The position numbers and the translations under genes were made by a program. From Auanema rhodensis (taxonomy: Eukaryota > Animalia > Nematoda), in the NCBI GenBank assembly GCA_964057225.1, contig OZ059900.1, forward strand, positions 620,001 to 684,000: a stretch of 64,000 nt of DNA. The letters are read 5' to 3'. Each line of letters starts with the position of its first letter. Position 1 is the first letter of the stretch. Positions 43,101 to 58,800 of the stretch are shown here, one piece after another. The notes below the pieces were generated by a model. It was given only the letters and a program-made list of their open reading frames with translations. It did not search any database and was not told where the DNA came from.

Positions 43101-46100
43101 TCGTTTTTATGCCTTTAACACCATATACTCACCGATTTTTGGTACAAAATCTGTAATAGTTGTAAATTTTGATCACATTTGTTAAGATTCGAGAATCAAA
43201 CACATAATACACAAAATAAGTCTATTTTTACAAGTTTGCACTGATATTTATTCATTTTGATCAAAAAAGGTCGAAAATAGAAAGAATTTTTGAAATTTCC
43301 GAGTTTTGAGTCCAATTGGGCTAAATCGCTCATATATATGATCAAAAACATAGTTTTGTTGTCTATAACAACGAAAGTCATCAATTAAACGCTAGTGATG
43401 TTTAAATACTGATTTTCGCTCAAATAGCATTACTACACTAAGTATGGTCGTTTTTATGCCTTTAACACCATATACTCACCGATTTTTGGTACAAAATCTG
43501 TAATACTTGTAAATTTTGATCATATTCGTTAAGATTTGAGAATCAAACATACAATACACAAAATCAGTCTATTTTTATTAGCATGCACTGATATATATTC
43601 ATTTTGATCAAAAAAGGTCGAAAATAGAAAGAATTTTTGAAATTTCCGAGTTTTGAGTCTAATTTGGCTAAATCGCTCATATATATGATCAGAAGCATAG
43701 TTTTATTGTCTATGACAACAAAAGTCATCAATTAAACGCTAGTGATGTTTAAATACTGATTTTCGCTCAAATAGCATTACTACACTAAGTATGGTCGTTT
43801 TTATGCCTTTAACACCATATACTCACCGATTTTTGGTACAAAATCTGTAATACTCGTAAATTTTGATCATTTTCGTTAAGATTCGAAAATCAAACACACA
43901 ATAAACAAAATCAGTCTATTTTTATGAGTTTGCACTGATATATATTCATTTTGATCAAAAAAGGTCGAAAATAGAAAGAATTTTTGAATTTTCCGAGTTT
44001 TGAGTCCAATTGGGCTAAATCGCTCATATATATGATCAAAAACATAGTTTTATTGTCTATAACAACAAAAGTCATCAATTAAACGCTAGTTATGTTTAAA
44101 TACTGATTTTCGCTCAAATAGCATTACTACACTAAGTATGGTCGTTTTTATGCCTTTAACACCATATACTCACCGATTTTTGGTACAAAATCTGTGATAC
44201 TCGTAAATTTTGATCATATTCGGTGAGATCCGAGAATCAAACACACAATACACGAAATAAGTTTATTTTTACGAGTTTGCACTGATATTTATTCATTTTG
44301 ATCAAAAAAGGTCGAAAATAGAAAGAATTTTTGAAATTTCCGAGTTTTGAGTCTAATTTGGCTAAATCGCTCATATATATGATCAAAAGCATAGTTTTAT
44401 TGTCTATGATAACAAAAGTCTTCAAATATACACTAATAATGTTTAAATCACTGAATTTCACTCAAATAGCATTACTACACTAAGTATGGTCGTTTTTATG
44501 CCTCCAACACCATATACTCACCGATTTTTGGTACAAAATCTGTAATACTTGTAAATTTTGATCATATTTGTTAAGATTCGAGAATCAAACACATAATACA
44601 CGAAATAAGTCTATTTTTATGAGTTTGCACTGATATTTATTCATTTTGATCAAAAAAGGTCGAAAATAGAAAGAATTTTTGAAATTTCCGAGTTTTGAGT
44701 CCAATTGGGCTAAATCGCTCATATATATGATCAAAAACATAGTTTTGTTGTCTATAACAACGAAAGTCATCAATTAAATGCTAGTGATGTTTAAATACTG
44801 ATTTTCGCTCAAATAGCATTACTACACTAAGTATGGTCGTTTTTATGCCTTTAACACCATATACTCACCGATTTTTGGTACAAAATCTGTAATACTTGTA
44901 AATTTTGATCATATTCGTTAAGATTCGAGAATCAAACACATAATACACGAAATAAGTCTATTTTTATGAGTTTGCACTGATATTTATTTATTTTGATCAA
45001 AAAAGGTCGAAAATAGAAAGAATTTTTGAATTTTCCGAGTTTTGAGTCCAATTGGGCTAAATCGCTCATATATATGATCAAAAGCATAGTTTTACTGTCT
45101 ATAACAACAAAAGTCATCAATTAAACGCTAGTGATATTTAAATACTGATTTTCGCTCAAGTAGCATTACTACACTAAGTATGGTCGTTTTTATGCCTTTA
45201 ACACCATATACTCACCGATTTTTGGTACAAAATCTGTAATACTTGTAAATTTTGATCATATTTGTTAAGATTCGAGAATCAAACACATAATACACAAAAT
45301 AAGTCTATTTTTACAAGTTTGCACTGATATTTATTCATTTTGATCAAAAAAGGTCGAAAATAGAAAGAATTTTTGAAATTTCCGAGTTTTGAGTCCAATT
45401 TGGCTAAATCGCTCATATATATGATCAAAAGCATAGTTTTATTGTCTATAACAACAAAAGTCATCAATTGAACGCTAGTGATGTTTAAATACTGAATTTC
45501 GCTCAAATAGCATTACTACACTAAGTATGGTCGTTTTTATGCCTTTAACACCATATACTCACCGATTTTTGGTACAAAATCTGTAATACTTGTAAATTTT
45601 GATCATATTCGTTAAGATTTGAGAATCAAACATACAATACACAAAATCAGTCTATTTTTATTAGCATGCACTGATATATATTCATTTTGATCAAAAAAGG
45701 TCGAAAATAGAAAGAATTTTTGAAATTTCCGAGTTTTGAGTCTAATTTGGCTAAATCGCTCATATATATGATCAGAAGCATAGTTTTATTGTCTATGACA
45801 ACAAAAGTCATCAATTAAACGCTAGTGATGTTTAAATACTGATTTTCGCTCAAATAGCATTACTACACTAAGTATGGTCGTTTTTATGCCTTTAACACCA
45901 TATACTCACCGATTTTTGGTACAAAATCTGTAATACTCGTAAATTTTGATCATTTTCGTTAAGATTCGAAAATCAAACACACAATAAACAAAATCAGTCT
46001 ATTTTTATGAGTTTGCACTGATATATATTCATTTTGATCAAAAAAGGTCGAAAATAGAAAGAATTTTTGAATTTTCCGAGTTTTGAGTCCAATTGGGCTA

Positions 46101-47596
46101 AATCGCTCATATATATGATCAAAAACATAGTTTTATTGTCTATAACAACAAAAGTCATCAATTAAACGCTAGTGATGTTTAAATACTGATTTTCGCTCAA
46201 ATAGCATTACTACACTAAGTATGGTCGTTTTTATGCCTTTAACACCATATACTCACCGATTTTTGGTACAAAATCTGTGATACTCGTAAATTTTGATCAT
46301 ATTCGGTGAGATTCGAGAATCAAACACACAATACACGGAATAAGTTTATTTTTACGAGTTTGCACTGATATTTATTCATTTTGATCAAAAAAGGTCGAAA
46401 ATAGAAAGAATTTTTGAAATTTCCGAGTTTTGAGTCTAATTTGGCTAAATCGCTCATATATATGATCAAAAGCATAGTTTTATTGTCTATGATTACAAAA
46501 GTCTTCAAATATACACTAATAATGTTTAAATCACTGAATTTCACTCAAATAGCATTACTACACTAAGTATGGTCGTTTTTATGCCTCCAACACCATATAC
46601 TCACCGATTTTTGGTACAAAATCTGTAATACTTGTAAATTTTGATCATATTTGTTAAGATTCGAGAATCAAACACATAATACAGGAAATAAGTCTATTTT
46701 TATGAGTTTGCACTGATATTTATTCATTTTGATCAAAAAAGGTCGAAAATAGAAAGAATTTTTGAAATTTCCGAGTTTTGAGTCCAATTGGGCTAAATCG
46801 CTCATATATATGATCAAAAACATAGTTTTGTTGTCTATAACAACGAAAGTCATCAATTAAACGCTAGTGATGTTTAAATACTGATTTTCGCTCAAATAGC
46901 ATTACTACACTAAGTATGGTCGTTTTTATGCCTTTAACACCATATACTCACCGATTTTTGGTACAAAATCTGTAATACTTGTAAATTTTGATCATATTCG
47001 TTAAGATTCGAGAATCAAACACATAATACACGAAATAAGTCTATTTTTATGAGTTTGCACTGATATTTATTTATTTTGATCAAAAAAGGTCGAAAATAGA
47101 AAGAATTTTTGAATTTTCCGAGTTTTGAGTCCAATTGGGCTAAATCGCTCATATATATGATCAAAAGCATAGTTTTACTGTCTATAACAACAAAAGTCAT
47201 CAATTAAACGCTAGTGATATTTAAATACTGATTTTCGCTCAAGTAGCATTACTACACTAAGTATGGTCGTTTTTATGCCTTTAACACCATATACTCACCG
47301 ATTTTTGGTACAAAATCTGTAATACTTGTAAATTTTGATCATATTTGTTAAGATTCGAGAATCAAACACATAATACACAAAATAAGTCTATTTTTACAAG
47401 TTTGCACTGATATTTATTCATTTTGATCAAAAAAGGTCGAAAATAGAAAGAATTTTTGAAATTTCCGAGTTTTGAGTCTAATTTGGCTAAATCGCTCATA
47501 TATATGATCAAAAGCATAGTTTTATTGTCTATGATAACAAAAGTCTTCAAATATACACTAATAATGTTTAAATCACTGAATTTCACTCAAATAGCA
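37181..47596. repeat. Regular 6-mer HOR, 2083-bp period, five copies
   Basis: The same monomer type occurs at ORFs 37988, 40071, 42154, 44237 and 46320 (step 2083 = 5x347 + 348). Marker order is conserved: AGCATGC, CATTTTCG, 348-tail, CCTCCAAC, CAAGTAG, CAATTGAAC. Copies 3 and 5 are partly altered. Confidence 0.92.
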
Positions 47597-50500
47597 TTAC
47601 TACACTAAGTATGGTCGTTTTTATGCCTCCAACACCATATACTCACCGATTTTTGGTACAAAATCTGTAATACTTGTAAATTTTGATCATATTTGTTAAG
47701 ATTCGAGAATCAAACACATAATACACGAAATAAGTCTATTTTTATGAGTTTGCACTGATATTTATTCATTTTGATCAAAAAAGGTCGAAAATAGAAAGAA
47801 TTTTTGAAATTTCCGAGTTTTGAGTCCAATTGGGCTAAATCGCTCATATATATGATCAAAAACATAGTTTTGTTGTCTATAACAACGAAAGTCATCAATT
47901 AAACGCTAGTGATGTTTAAATACTGATTTTCGCTCAAATAGCATTACTACACTAAGTATGGTCGTTTTTATGCCTTTAACACCATATACTCACCGATTTT
48001 TGGTACAAAATCTGTAATACTCGTAAATTTTGATCATATTCGTTAAGATTTGAGAATCAAACATACAATACACAAAATCAGTCTATTTTTATGAGCTTGC
48101 ACTGATATATATTCATTTTGATCAAAAAAGGTCGAAAATAGAAAGAATTTTTGAAATTTCCGAGTTTTGAGTCTAATTTGGCTAAATCGCTCATAAATAT
48201 GATCAGAAGCATAGTTTTATTGTCTATAACAACAAAAGTCATCAATTAAACGCTAGTGATGTTTAAATACTGATTTTCGCTCAAATAGCATTACTACACT
48301 AAGTATGGTCGTTTTTATGCCTTTAACACCATATACTCACCGATTTTTGGTACAAAATCTGTAATACTCGTAAATTTTGATCATATTCGTTAAGATTTGA
48401 AAATCAAACACACAATAAACAAAATGAGTCTATTTTTATGAGTTTGCACTGATATATATTCATTTTGATCAAAAAAGGTCGAAAATAGAAAGAATTTTTG
48501 AATTTTCCGAGTTTTGAGTCCAATTGGGCTAAATCGCTCATATATATGATCAAAAGCATAGTTTTACTGTCTATGATAACAAAAGTCATCAATTAAACGC
48601 TAGTGATGTTTAAATACTGATTTTCGCTCAAATAGCATTACTACACTAAGTATGGTCGTTTTTATGCCTTTAACACCATATACTCACCGATTTTTGGTAC
48701 AAAATCTGTAATACTCGTAAATTTTGATCATATTCGTTAAGATTCGAGAATCAAACACACAATACACGAAATAAGTTTATTTTTACGAGTTTGCACTGAT
48801 ATTTATTCATTTTGATCAAAAAAGGTCGAAAATAGAAAGAATTTTTGAATTTTCCGAGTTTTGAGTCCAATTGGGCTAAATCGCTCATATATATGATCAA
48901 AAGCATAGTTTCACTGTCTATGATAACAAAAGTCTTCAAATATACACTAGTAATGATTAAATCACTGAATTTCACTCAAATAGCTTTACTACACTAAGTA
49001 TGGTCGTTTTTATGCCTTTAACACCATATACTCACCGATTTTTGGTACAAAATCTGTAATACTCGTAAATTTTGATCATATCCGGTAAGATTCGAGAATC
49101 AAACACACAATACACGAAATAAGTTTATTTTTACGAGTTTGCACTGATATTTATTCATTTTGATCAAAAAAGGTCGAAAATAGAAAGAATTTTTGAATTT
49201 TCCGAGTTTTGAGTCCAATTGGGCTAAATCGCTCATATATATGATCAAAAGCATAGTTTCACTGTCTATGATAACAAAAGTCTTCAAATATACACTAGTA
49301 ATGATTAAATCACTGAATTTCACTCAAATAGCATTACTACACTAAGTATGGTCGTTTTTATGCCTTTAACACCATATACTCACCGATTTTTGGTACAAAA
49401 TCTGTAATACTTGTAAATTTTGATCATATTCGTTAAGATTTGAGAATCAAACACATAATACACAAAATCAGTCTATTTTTATGAGCTTGCACTGATATAT
49501 ATTCATTTTGATCAAAAAAGGTCGAAAATAGAAAGAATTTTTGAAATTTCCGAGTTTTGAGTCTAATTTGGCTAAATCGCTCATATATATGATCAGAAGC
49601 ATAGTTTTATTGTCTATGACAACAAAAATCATCAATTAAACGCTAGTGATGTTTAAATACTGATTTTCGCTCAAATAGCATTACTACACTAAGTATGGTC
49701 GTTTTTATGCCTTTAACACCATATACTCACCGATTTTTGGTACAAAATCTGTAATACTCGTAAAATTTGATCATATTTGTTAAGATTTGAGAATCAAACA
49801 CACAATACACAAAATCAGTCTATTTTTATGAGTTTACACTGATATATATTCATTTTCATCAAAAAAGGTCGAAAATAGAAAGAATTTTTGAATTTTCCGA
49901 GTTTTGAGTCGAATTGGGCTAAATCGCTCATATATATGATCAAAAGCATAGTTTTACTGTCTATGATAACAAAAGTCTTCAAATATACACTAATAATGAT
50001 TAAATCACTGAATTTCACTCAAATAGCATTACTACACTAAGTATGGTCGTTTTTATGCCTTTAACACCATATACTCACCGATTTTTGGTACAAAATCTGT
50101 AATACTTGTAAATTTTGATCATATTCGTTAAGATTTGAGAATCAAACATACAATACACAAAATCAGTCTATTTTTATTAGCATGCACTGATATATATTCA
50201 TTTTGATCAAAAAAGGTCGAAAATAGAAAGAATTTTTGAAATTTCCGAGTTTTGAGTCTAATTTGGCTAAATCGCTCATATATATGATCAGAAGCATAGT
50301 TTTATTGTCTATGACAACAAAAGTCATCAATTAAACGCTAGTGATGTTTAAATACTGATTTTCGCTCAAATAGCATTACTACACTAAGTATGGTCGTTTT
50401 TATGCCTTTAACACCATATACTCACCGATTTTTGGTACAAAATCTGTAATACTCGTAAATTTTGATCATTTTCGTTAAGATTCGAAAATCAAACACACAA

Positions 50501-52807
50501 TAAACAAAATCAGTCTATTTTTATGAGTTTGCACTGATATATATTCATTTTGATCAAAAAAGGTCGAAAATAGAAAGAATTTTTGAATTTTCCGGGTTTT
50601 GAGTCCAATTGGGCTAAATCGCTCATATATATGATCAAAAACATAGTTTTATTGTCTATAACAACAAAAGTCATCAATTAAACGCTAGTGATGTTTAAAT
50701 ACTGATTTTCGCTCAAATAGCATTACTACACTAAGTATGGTCGTTTTTATGCCTTTAACACCATATACTCACCGATTTTTGGTACAAAATCTGTGATACT
50801 CGTAAATTTTGATCATATTCGGTGAGATTCGAGAATCAAACACACAATACACGAAATAAGTTTATTTTTACGAGTTTGCACTGATATTTATTCATTTTGA
50901 TCAAAAAAGGTCGAAAATAGAAAGAATTTTTGAAATTTCCGAGTTTTGAGTCTAATTTGGCTAAATCGCTCATATATATGATCAAAAGCATAGTTTTATT
51001 GTCTATGATAACAAAAGTCTTCAAATATACACTAATAATGTTTAAATCACTGAATTTCACTCAAATAGCATTACTACACTAAGTATGGTCGTTTTTATGC
51101 CTCCAACACCATATACTCACCGATTTTTGGTACAAAATCTGTAATACTTGTAAATTTTGATCATATTCGTTAAGATTCGAGAATCAAACACATAATACAC
51201 GAAATAAGTCTATTTTTATGAGTTTGCACTGATATTTATTCATTTTGATCAAAAAAGGTCGAAAATAGAAAGAATTTTTGAAATTTCCGAGTTTTGAGTC
51301 CAATTGGGCTAAATCGCTCATATATATGATCAAAAACATAGTTTTGTTGTCTATAACAACGAAAGTCATCAATTAAACGCTAGTGATGTTTAAATACTGA
51401 TTTTCGCTCAAATAGCATTACTACACTAAGTATGGTCGTTTTTATGCCTTTAACACCATATACTCACCGATTTTTGGTACAAAATCTGTAATACTTGTAA
51501 ATTTTGATCATATTCGTTAAGATTCGAGAATCAAACACATAATACACGAAATAAGTCTATTTTTATGAGTTTGCACTGATATTTATTTATTTTGATCAAA
51601 AAAGGTCGAAAATAGAAAGAATTTTTGAATTTTCCGAGTTTTGAGTCCAATTGGGCTAAATCGCTCATATATATGATCAAAAGCATAGTTTTACTGTCTA
51701 TAACAACAAAAGTCATCAATTAAACGCTAGTGATATTTAAATACTGATTTTCGCTCAAATAGCATTACTACACTAAGTATGGTCGTTTTTATGCCTTTAA
51801 CACCATATACTCACCGATTTTTGGTACAAAATCTGTAATACTTGTAAATTTTGATCATATTTGTTAAGATTCGAGAATCAAACACATAATACACAAAATA
51901 AGTCTATTTTTACAAGTTTGCACTGATATTTATTCATTTTGATCAAAAAAGGTCAAAAATAGAAAGAATTTTTGAAATTTCCGAGTTTTGAGTCCAATTT
52001 GGCTAAATCGCTCATATATATGATCAAAAGCATAGTTTTATTGTCTTTAACAACAAAAGTCATCAATTGAACGCTAGTGATGTTTAAATACTGAATTTCG
52101 CTCAAATAGCATTACTACACTAAGTATGGTCGTTTTTATGCCTTTAACACCATATACTCACCGATTTTTGGTACAAAATCTGTAATACTCGTAAATTTTG
52201 ATCATATTTGTTAAGATTTGAGAATCAAACATACAATACACAAAATCAGTCTATTTTTATGAGCTTGCACTGATATATATTCATTTTGATCAAAAAAGGT
52301 CGAAAATAGAAAGAATTTTTGAAATTTCCGAGTTTTGAGTCTAATTTGGCTAAATCGCTCATATATATGATCAGAAGCATAGTTTTATTGTCTATAACAA
52401 CAAAAGTCATCAATTAAACGCTAGTGATGTTTAAATACTGATTTTCGCTCAAATAGCATTACTACACTAAGTATGGTCGTTTTTATGCCTTTAACACCAT
52501 ATACTCACCGATTTTTGGTACAAAATCTGTAATACTCGTAAATTTTGATCATATTCGTTAAGATTTGAAAATCAAACACACAATAAACAAAATGAGTCTA
52601 TTGTTATGAGTTTGCACTGATATATATATTCATTTTGATCAAAAAAGGTCGAAAATAGAAAGAATTTTTGAATTTTCCGAGTTTTGAGTCCAATTGGGCT
52701 AAATCGCTCATATATATGATCAAAAGCATAGTTTTACTGTCTATGATAACAAAAGTCATCAATTAAACGCTAGTGATGTTTAAATACTGATTTTCGCTCA
52801 AATAGCA

Positions 52808-55800
52808 TTACTACACTAAGTATGGTCGTTTTTATGCCTTTAACACCATATACTCACCGATTTTTGGTACAAAATCTGTGATACTCGTAAATTTTGATCA
52901 TATTCGGTGAGATTCGAGAATCAAACACACAATACACGAAATAAGTTTATTTTTACGAGTTTGCACTGATATTTATTCATTTTGATCAAAAAAGGTCGAA
53001 AATAGAAAGAATTTTTGAAATTTCCGAGTTTTGAGTCTAATTTGGCTAAATCGCTCATATATATGATCAAAAGCATAGTTTTATTGTCTATGACAACAAA
53101 AATCATCAATTAAACGCTAGTGATGTTTAAATACTGATTTTCGCTCAAATAGCATTACTACACTAAGTATGGTCGTTTTTATGCCTTTAACACCATATAC
53201 TCACCGATTTTTGGTACAAAATCTGTGATACTCGTAAATTTTGATCATATTCGGTGAGATTCGAGAATCGAACACACAATACACGAAATAAGTCTATTTT
53301 TACGAGTTTGCACTGATATTTATTCATTTTGATCAAAAAAGGTCGAAAATAGAAAGAATTTTTGAAATTTCCGAGTTTTGAGTCTAATTTGGCTAAATCG
53401 CTCATATATATGATCAAAAGCATAGTTTTATTGTCTATGACAACAAAAGTCATCAATTAAACGCTAGTGATGTTTAAATACTGAATTTCGCTCAAATAGC
53501 ATTACTACACTAAGTATGGTCGTTTTTATGCCTTTAACACCATATACTCACCGATTTTTGGTACAAAATCTGTGATACTCGTAAATTTTGATCATATTCG
53601 GTGAGATTCAAGAATCGAACACACAATACACGAAATAAGTCTATTTTTACGAGTTTGCACTGATATTTATTCATTTTGATCAAAAAAGGTCGAAAATAGA
53701 AAGAATTTTTGAAATTTCCGAGTTTTGAGTCTAATTTGGCTAAATCGCTCATATATATGATCAAAAGCATAGTTTTATTTTCTATGACAACAAAAGTCAT
53801 CAATTAAACGCTAGTGATGTTTAAATACTGAATTTCGCTCAAATAGCATTACTACACTAAGTATGGTCGTTTTTATGCCTTTAACACCATATACTCACCG
53901 ATTTTTGGTACAAAATCTGTGATACTCGTAAATTTTGATCATATTCGGTGAGATTCGAGAATCAAACACACAATACACGAAATAAGTTTATTTTTACGAG
54001 TTTGCACTGATATTTATTCATTTTGATCAAAAAAGGTCGAAAATAGAAAGAATTTTTGAAATTTCCGAGTTTTGAGTCTAATTTGGCTAAATCGCTCATA
54101 TATATGATCAAAAGCATAGTTTTATTGTCTATGACAACAAAAATCATCAATTAAACGCTAGTGATGTTTAAATACTGATTTTCGCTCAAATAGCATTACT
54201 ACACTAAGTATGGTCGTTTTTATGCCTTTAACACCATATACTCACCGATTTTTGGTACAAAATCTGTGATACTCGTAAATTTTGATCATATTCGGTGAGA
54301 TTCGAGAATCGAACACACAATACACGAAATAAGTCTATTTTTACGAGTTTGCACTGATATTTATTCATTTTGATCAAAAAAGGTCGAAAATAGAAAGAAT
54401 TTTTGAAATTTCCGAGTTTTGAGTCTAATTTGGCTAAATCGCTCATATATATGATCAAAAGCATAGTTTTATTGTCTATGACAACAAAAGTCATCAATTA
54501 AACGCTAGTGATGTTTAAATACTGAATTTCGCTCAAATAGCATTACTACACTAAGTATGGTCGTTTTTATGCCTTTAACACCATATACTCACCGATTTTT
54601 GGTACAAAATCTGTGATACTCGTAAATTTTGATCATATTCGGTGAGATTCAAGAATCGAACACACAATACACGAAATAAGTCTATTTTTACGAGTTTGCA
54701 CTGATATTTATTCATTTTGATCAAAAAAGGTCGAAAATAGAAAGAATTTTTGAAATTTCCGAGTTTTGAGTCTAATTTGGCTAAATCGCTCATATATATG
54801 ATCAAAAGCATAGTTTTATTGTCTATGACAACAAAAGTCATCAATTAAACGCTAGTGATGTTTAAATACTGAATTTCGCTCAAATAGCATTACTACACTA
54901 AGTATGGTCGTTTTTATGCCTTTAACACCATATACTCACCGATTTTTGGTACAAAATCTGTGATACTCGTAAATTTTGATCATATTCGGTGAGATTCGAG
55001 AATCGAACACACAATACACGAAATAAGTCTATTTTTACGAGTTTGCACTGATATTTATTCATTTTGATCAAAAAAGGTCGAAAATAGAAAGAATTTTTGA
55101 AATTTCCGAGTTTTGAGTCTAATTTGGCTAAATCGCTCATATATATGATCAAAAGCATAGTTTTATTGTCTATGACAACAAAAGTCATCAATTAAACGCT
55201 AGTGATGTTTAAATACTGAATTTCGCTCAAATAGCATTACTACACTAAGTATGGTCGTTTTTATGCCTTTAACACCATATACTCACCGATTTTTGGTACA
55301 AAATCTGTGATACTCGTAAATTTTGATCATATTCGGTGAGATTCGAGAATCAAACACACAATACACGAAATAAGTTTATTTTTACGAGTTTGCACTGATA
55401 TTTATTCATTTTGATCAAAAAAGGTCGAAAATAGAAAGAATTTTTGAAATTTCCGAGTTTTGAGTCTAATTTGGCTAAATCGCTCATATATATGATCAAA
55501 AGCATAGTTTTATTGTCTATGACAACAAAAATCATCAATTAAACGCTAGTGATGTTTAAATACTGATTTTCGCTCAAATAGCATTACTACACTAAGTATG
55601 GTCGTTTTTATGCCTTTAACACCATATACTCACCGATTTTTGGTACAAAATCTGTGATACTCGTAAATTTTGATCATATTCGGTGAGATTCGAGAATCGA
55701 ACACACAATACACGAAATAAGTCTATTTTTACGAGTTTGCACTGATATTTATTCATTTTGATCAAAAAAGGTCGAAAATAGAAAGAATTTTTGAAATTTC

Positions 55801-58800
55801 CGAGTTTTGAGTCTAATTTGGCTAAATCGCTCATATATATGATCAAAAGCATAGTTTTATTGTCTATGACAACAAAAGTCATCAATTAAACGCTAGTGAT
55901 GTTTAAATACTGAATTTCGCTCAAATAGCATTACTACACTAAGTATGGTCGTTTTTATGCCTTTAACACCATATACTCACCGATTTTTGGTACAAAATCT
56001 GTGATACTCGTAAATTTTGATCATATTCGGTGAGATTCAAGAATCGAACACACAATACACGAAATAAGTCTATTTTTACGAGTTTGCACTGATATTTATT
56101 CATTTTGATCAAAAAAGGTCGAAAATAGAAAGAATTTTTGAAATTTCCGAGTTTTGAGTCTAATTTGGCTAAATCGCTCATATATATGATCAAAAGCATA
56201 GTTTTATTGTCTATGACAACAAAAGTCATCAATTAAACGCTAGTGATGTTTAAATACTGAATTTCGCTCAAATAGCATTACTACACTAAGTATGGTCGTT
56301 TTTATGCCTTTAACACCATATACTCACCGATTTTTGGTACAAAATCTGTGATACTCGTAAATTTTGATCATATTCGGTGAGATTCGAGAATCGAACACAC
56401 AATACACGAAATAAGTCTATTTTTACGAGTTTGCACTGATATTTATTCATTTTGATCAAAAAAGGTCGAAAATAGAAAGAATTTTTGAAATTTCCGAGTT
56501 TTGAGTCTAATTTGGCTAAATCGCTCATATATATGATCAAAAGCATAGTTTTATTGTCTATGACAACAAAAGTCATCAATTAAACGCTAGTGATGTTTAA
56601 ATAGTGAATTTCGCTCAAATAGCATTACTACACTAAGTATGGTCGTTTTTATGCCTTTAACACCATATACTCACCGATTTTTGGTACAAAATCTGTAATA
56701 CTCGTAAATTTTGATCATATTCGTTAAGATTTGAAAATCAAACACACAATAAACAAAATCAGTCTATTTTTATGAGTTTGCACTGATATATATTCATTTT
56801 GATCAAAAAAGGTCGAAAATAGAAAGAATTTTTGCAATTTCCGAGTTTTGAGTCTAATTTGGCTAAATCGCTCATATATATGATCAAAAGCATAGTTTTA
56901 TTGTCTATGACAACAAAAGTCATCAATTAAACGCTAGTGATGTTTAAATACTGAATTTCGCTCAAATAGCATTACTACACTAAGTATGGTCGTTTTTATG
57001 CCTTTAACACCATATACTCACCGATTTTTGGTACAAAATCTGTGATACTCGTAAATTTTGATCATATTCGGTGAGATTCGAGAATCGAACACACAATACA
57101 CGAAATAAGTCTATTTTTACGAGTTTGCACTGATATTTATTCATTTTGATCAAAAAAGGTCGAAAATAGAAAGAATTTTTGAAATTTCCGAGTTTTGAGT
57201 CTAATTTGGCTAAATCGCTCTATATATATGATCAAAAGCATAGTTTTATTGTCTATGACAACAAAAGTCATCAATTAAACGCTAGTGATGTTTAAATACT
57301 GAATTTCGCTCAATAAGCATTACTACACTAAGTATGGTCGTTTTTATGCCTTTAACACCATATACTCACCGATTTTTGGTACAAAATCTGTGATACTCGT
57401 AAATTTTGATCATATTCGGTGAGATTCGAGAATCGAACACACAATACACGAAATAAGTCTATTTTTACGAGTTTGCACTGATATTTATTCATTTTGATCA
57501 AAAAAGGTCGAAAATAGAAAGAATTTTTGAAATTTCCGAGTTTTGAGTCTAATTTGGCTAAATCGCTCATATATATGATCAAAAGCATAGTTTTATTGTC
57601 TATGACAACAAAAATCATCAATTAAACGCTAGTGATGTTTAAATACTGATTTTCGCTCAAATAGCATTACTACACTAAGTATGGTCGTTTTTATGCCTTT
57701 AACACCATATACTCACCGATTTTTGGTACAAAATCTGTGATACTCGTAAATTTTGATCATATTCGGTGAGATTCGAGAATCGAACACACAATACACGAAA
57801 TAAGTCTATTTTTACGAGTTTGCACTGATATTTATTCATTTTGATCAAAAAAGGTCGAAAATAGAAAGAATTTTTGAAATTTCCGAGTTTTGAGTCTAAT
57901 TTGGCTAAATCGCTCATATATATGATCAAAAGCATAGTTTTATTGTCTATGACAACAAAAGTCATCAATTAAACGCTAGTGATGTTTAAATACTGAATTT
58001 CGCTCAAATAGCATTACTACACTAAGTATGGTCGTTTTTATGCCTTTAACACCATATACTCACCGATTTTTGGTACAAAATCTGTGATACTCGTAAATTT
58101 TGATCATATTCGGTGAGATTCGAGAATCGAACACACAATACACGAAATAAGTCTATTTTTACGAGTTTGCACTGATATTTATTCATTTTGATCAAAAAAG
58201 GTCGAAAATAGAAAGAATTTTTGAAATTTCCGAGTTTTGAGTCTAATTTGGCTAAATCGCTCATATATATGATCAAAAGCATAGTTTTATTGTCTATGAC
58301 AACAAAAGTCATCAATTAAACGCTAGTGATGTTTAAATACTGAATTTCGCTCAAATAGCATTACTACACTAAGTATGGTCGTTTTTATGCCTTTAACACC
58401 ATATACTCACCGATTTTTGGTACAAAATCTGTAATACTTGTAAATTTTGATCATATTCGTTAAGATTCGAGAATCAAACACATAATACACGAAATAAGTC
58501 TATTTTTATGAGTTTGCACTGATATTTATTTATTTTGATCAAAAAAGGTCGAAAATAGAAAGAATTTTTGAATTTTCCGAGTTTTGAGTCCAATTGGGCT
58601 AAATCGCTCATATATATGATCAAAAGCATAGTTTTACTGTCTATAACAACAAAAGTCATCAATTAAACGCTAGTGATATTTAAATACTGATTTTCGCTCA
58701 AGTAGCATTACTACACTAAGTATGGTCGTTTTTATGCCTTTAACACCATATACTCACCGATTTTTGGTACAAAATCTGTGATACTCGTAAATTTTGATCA

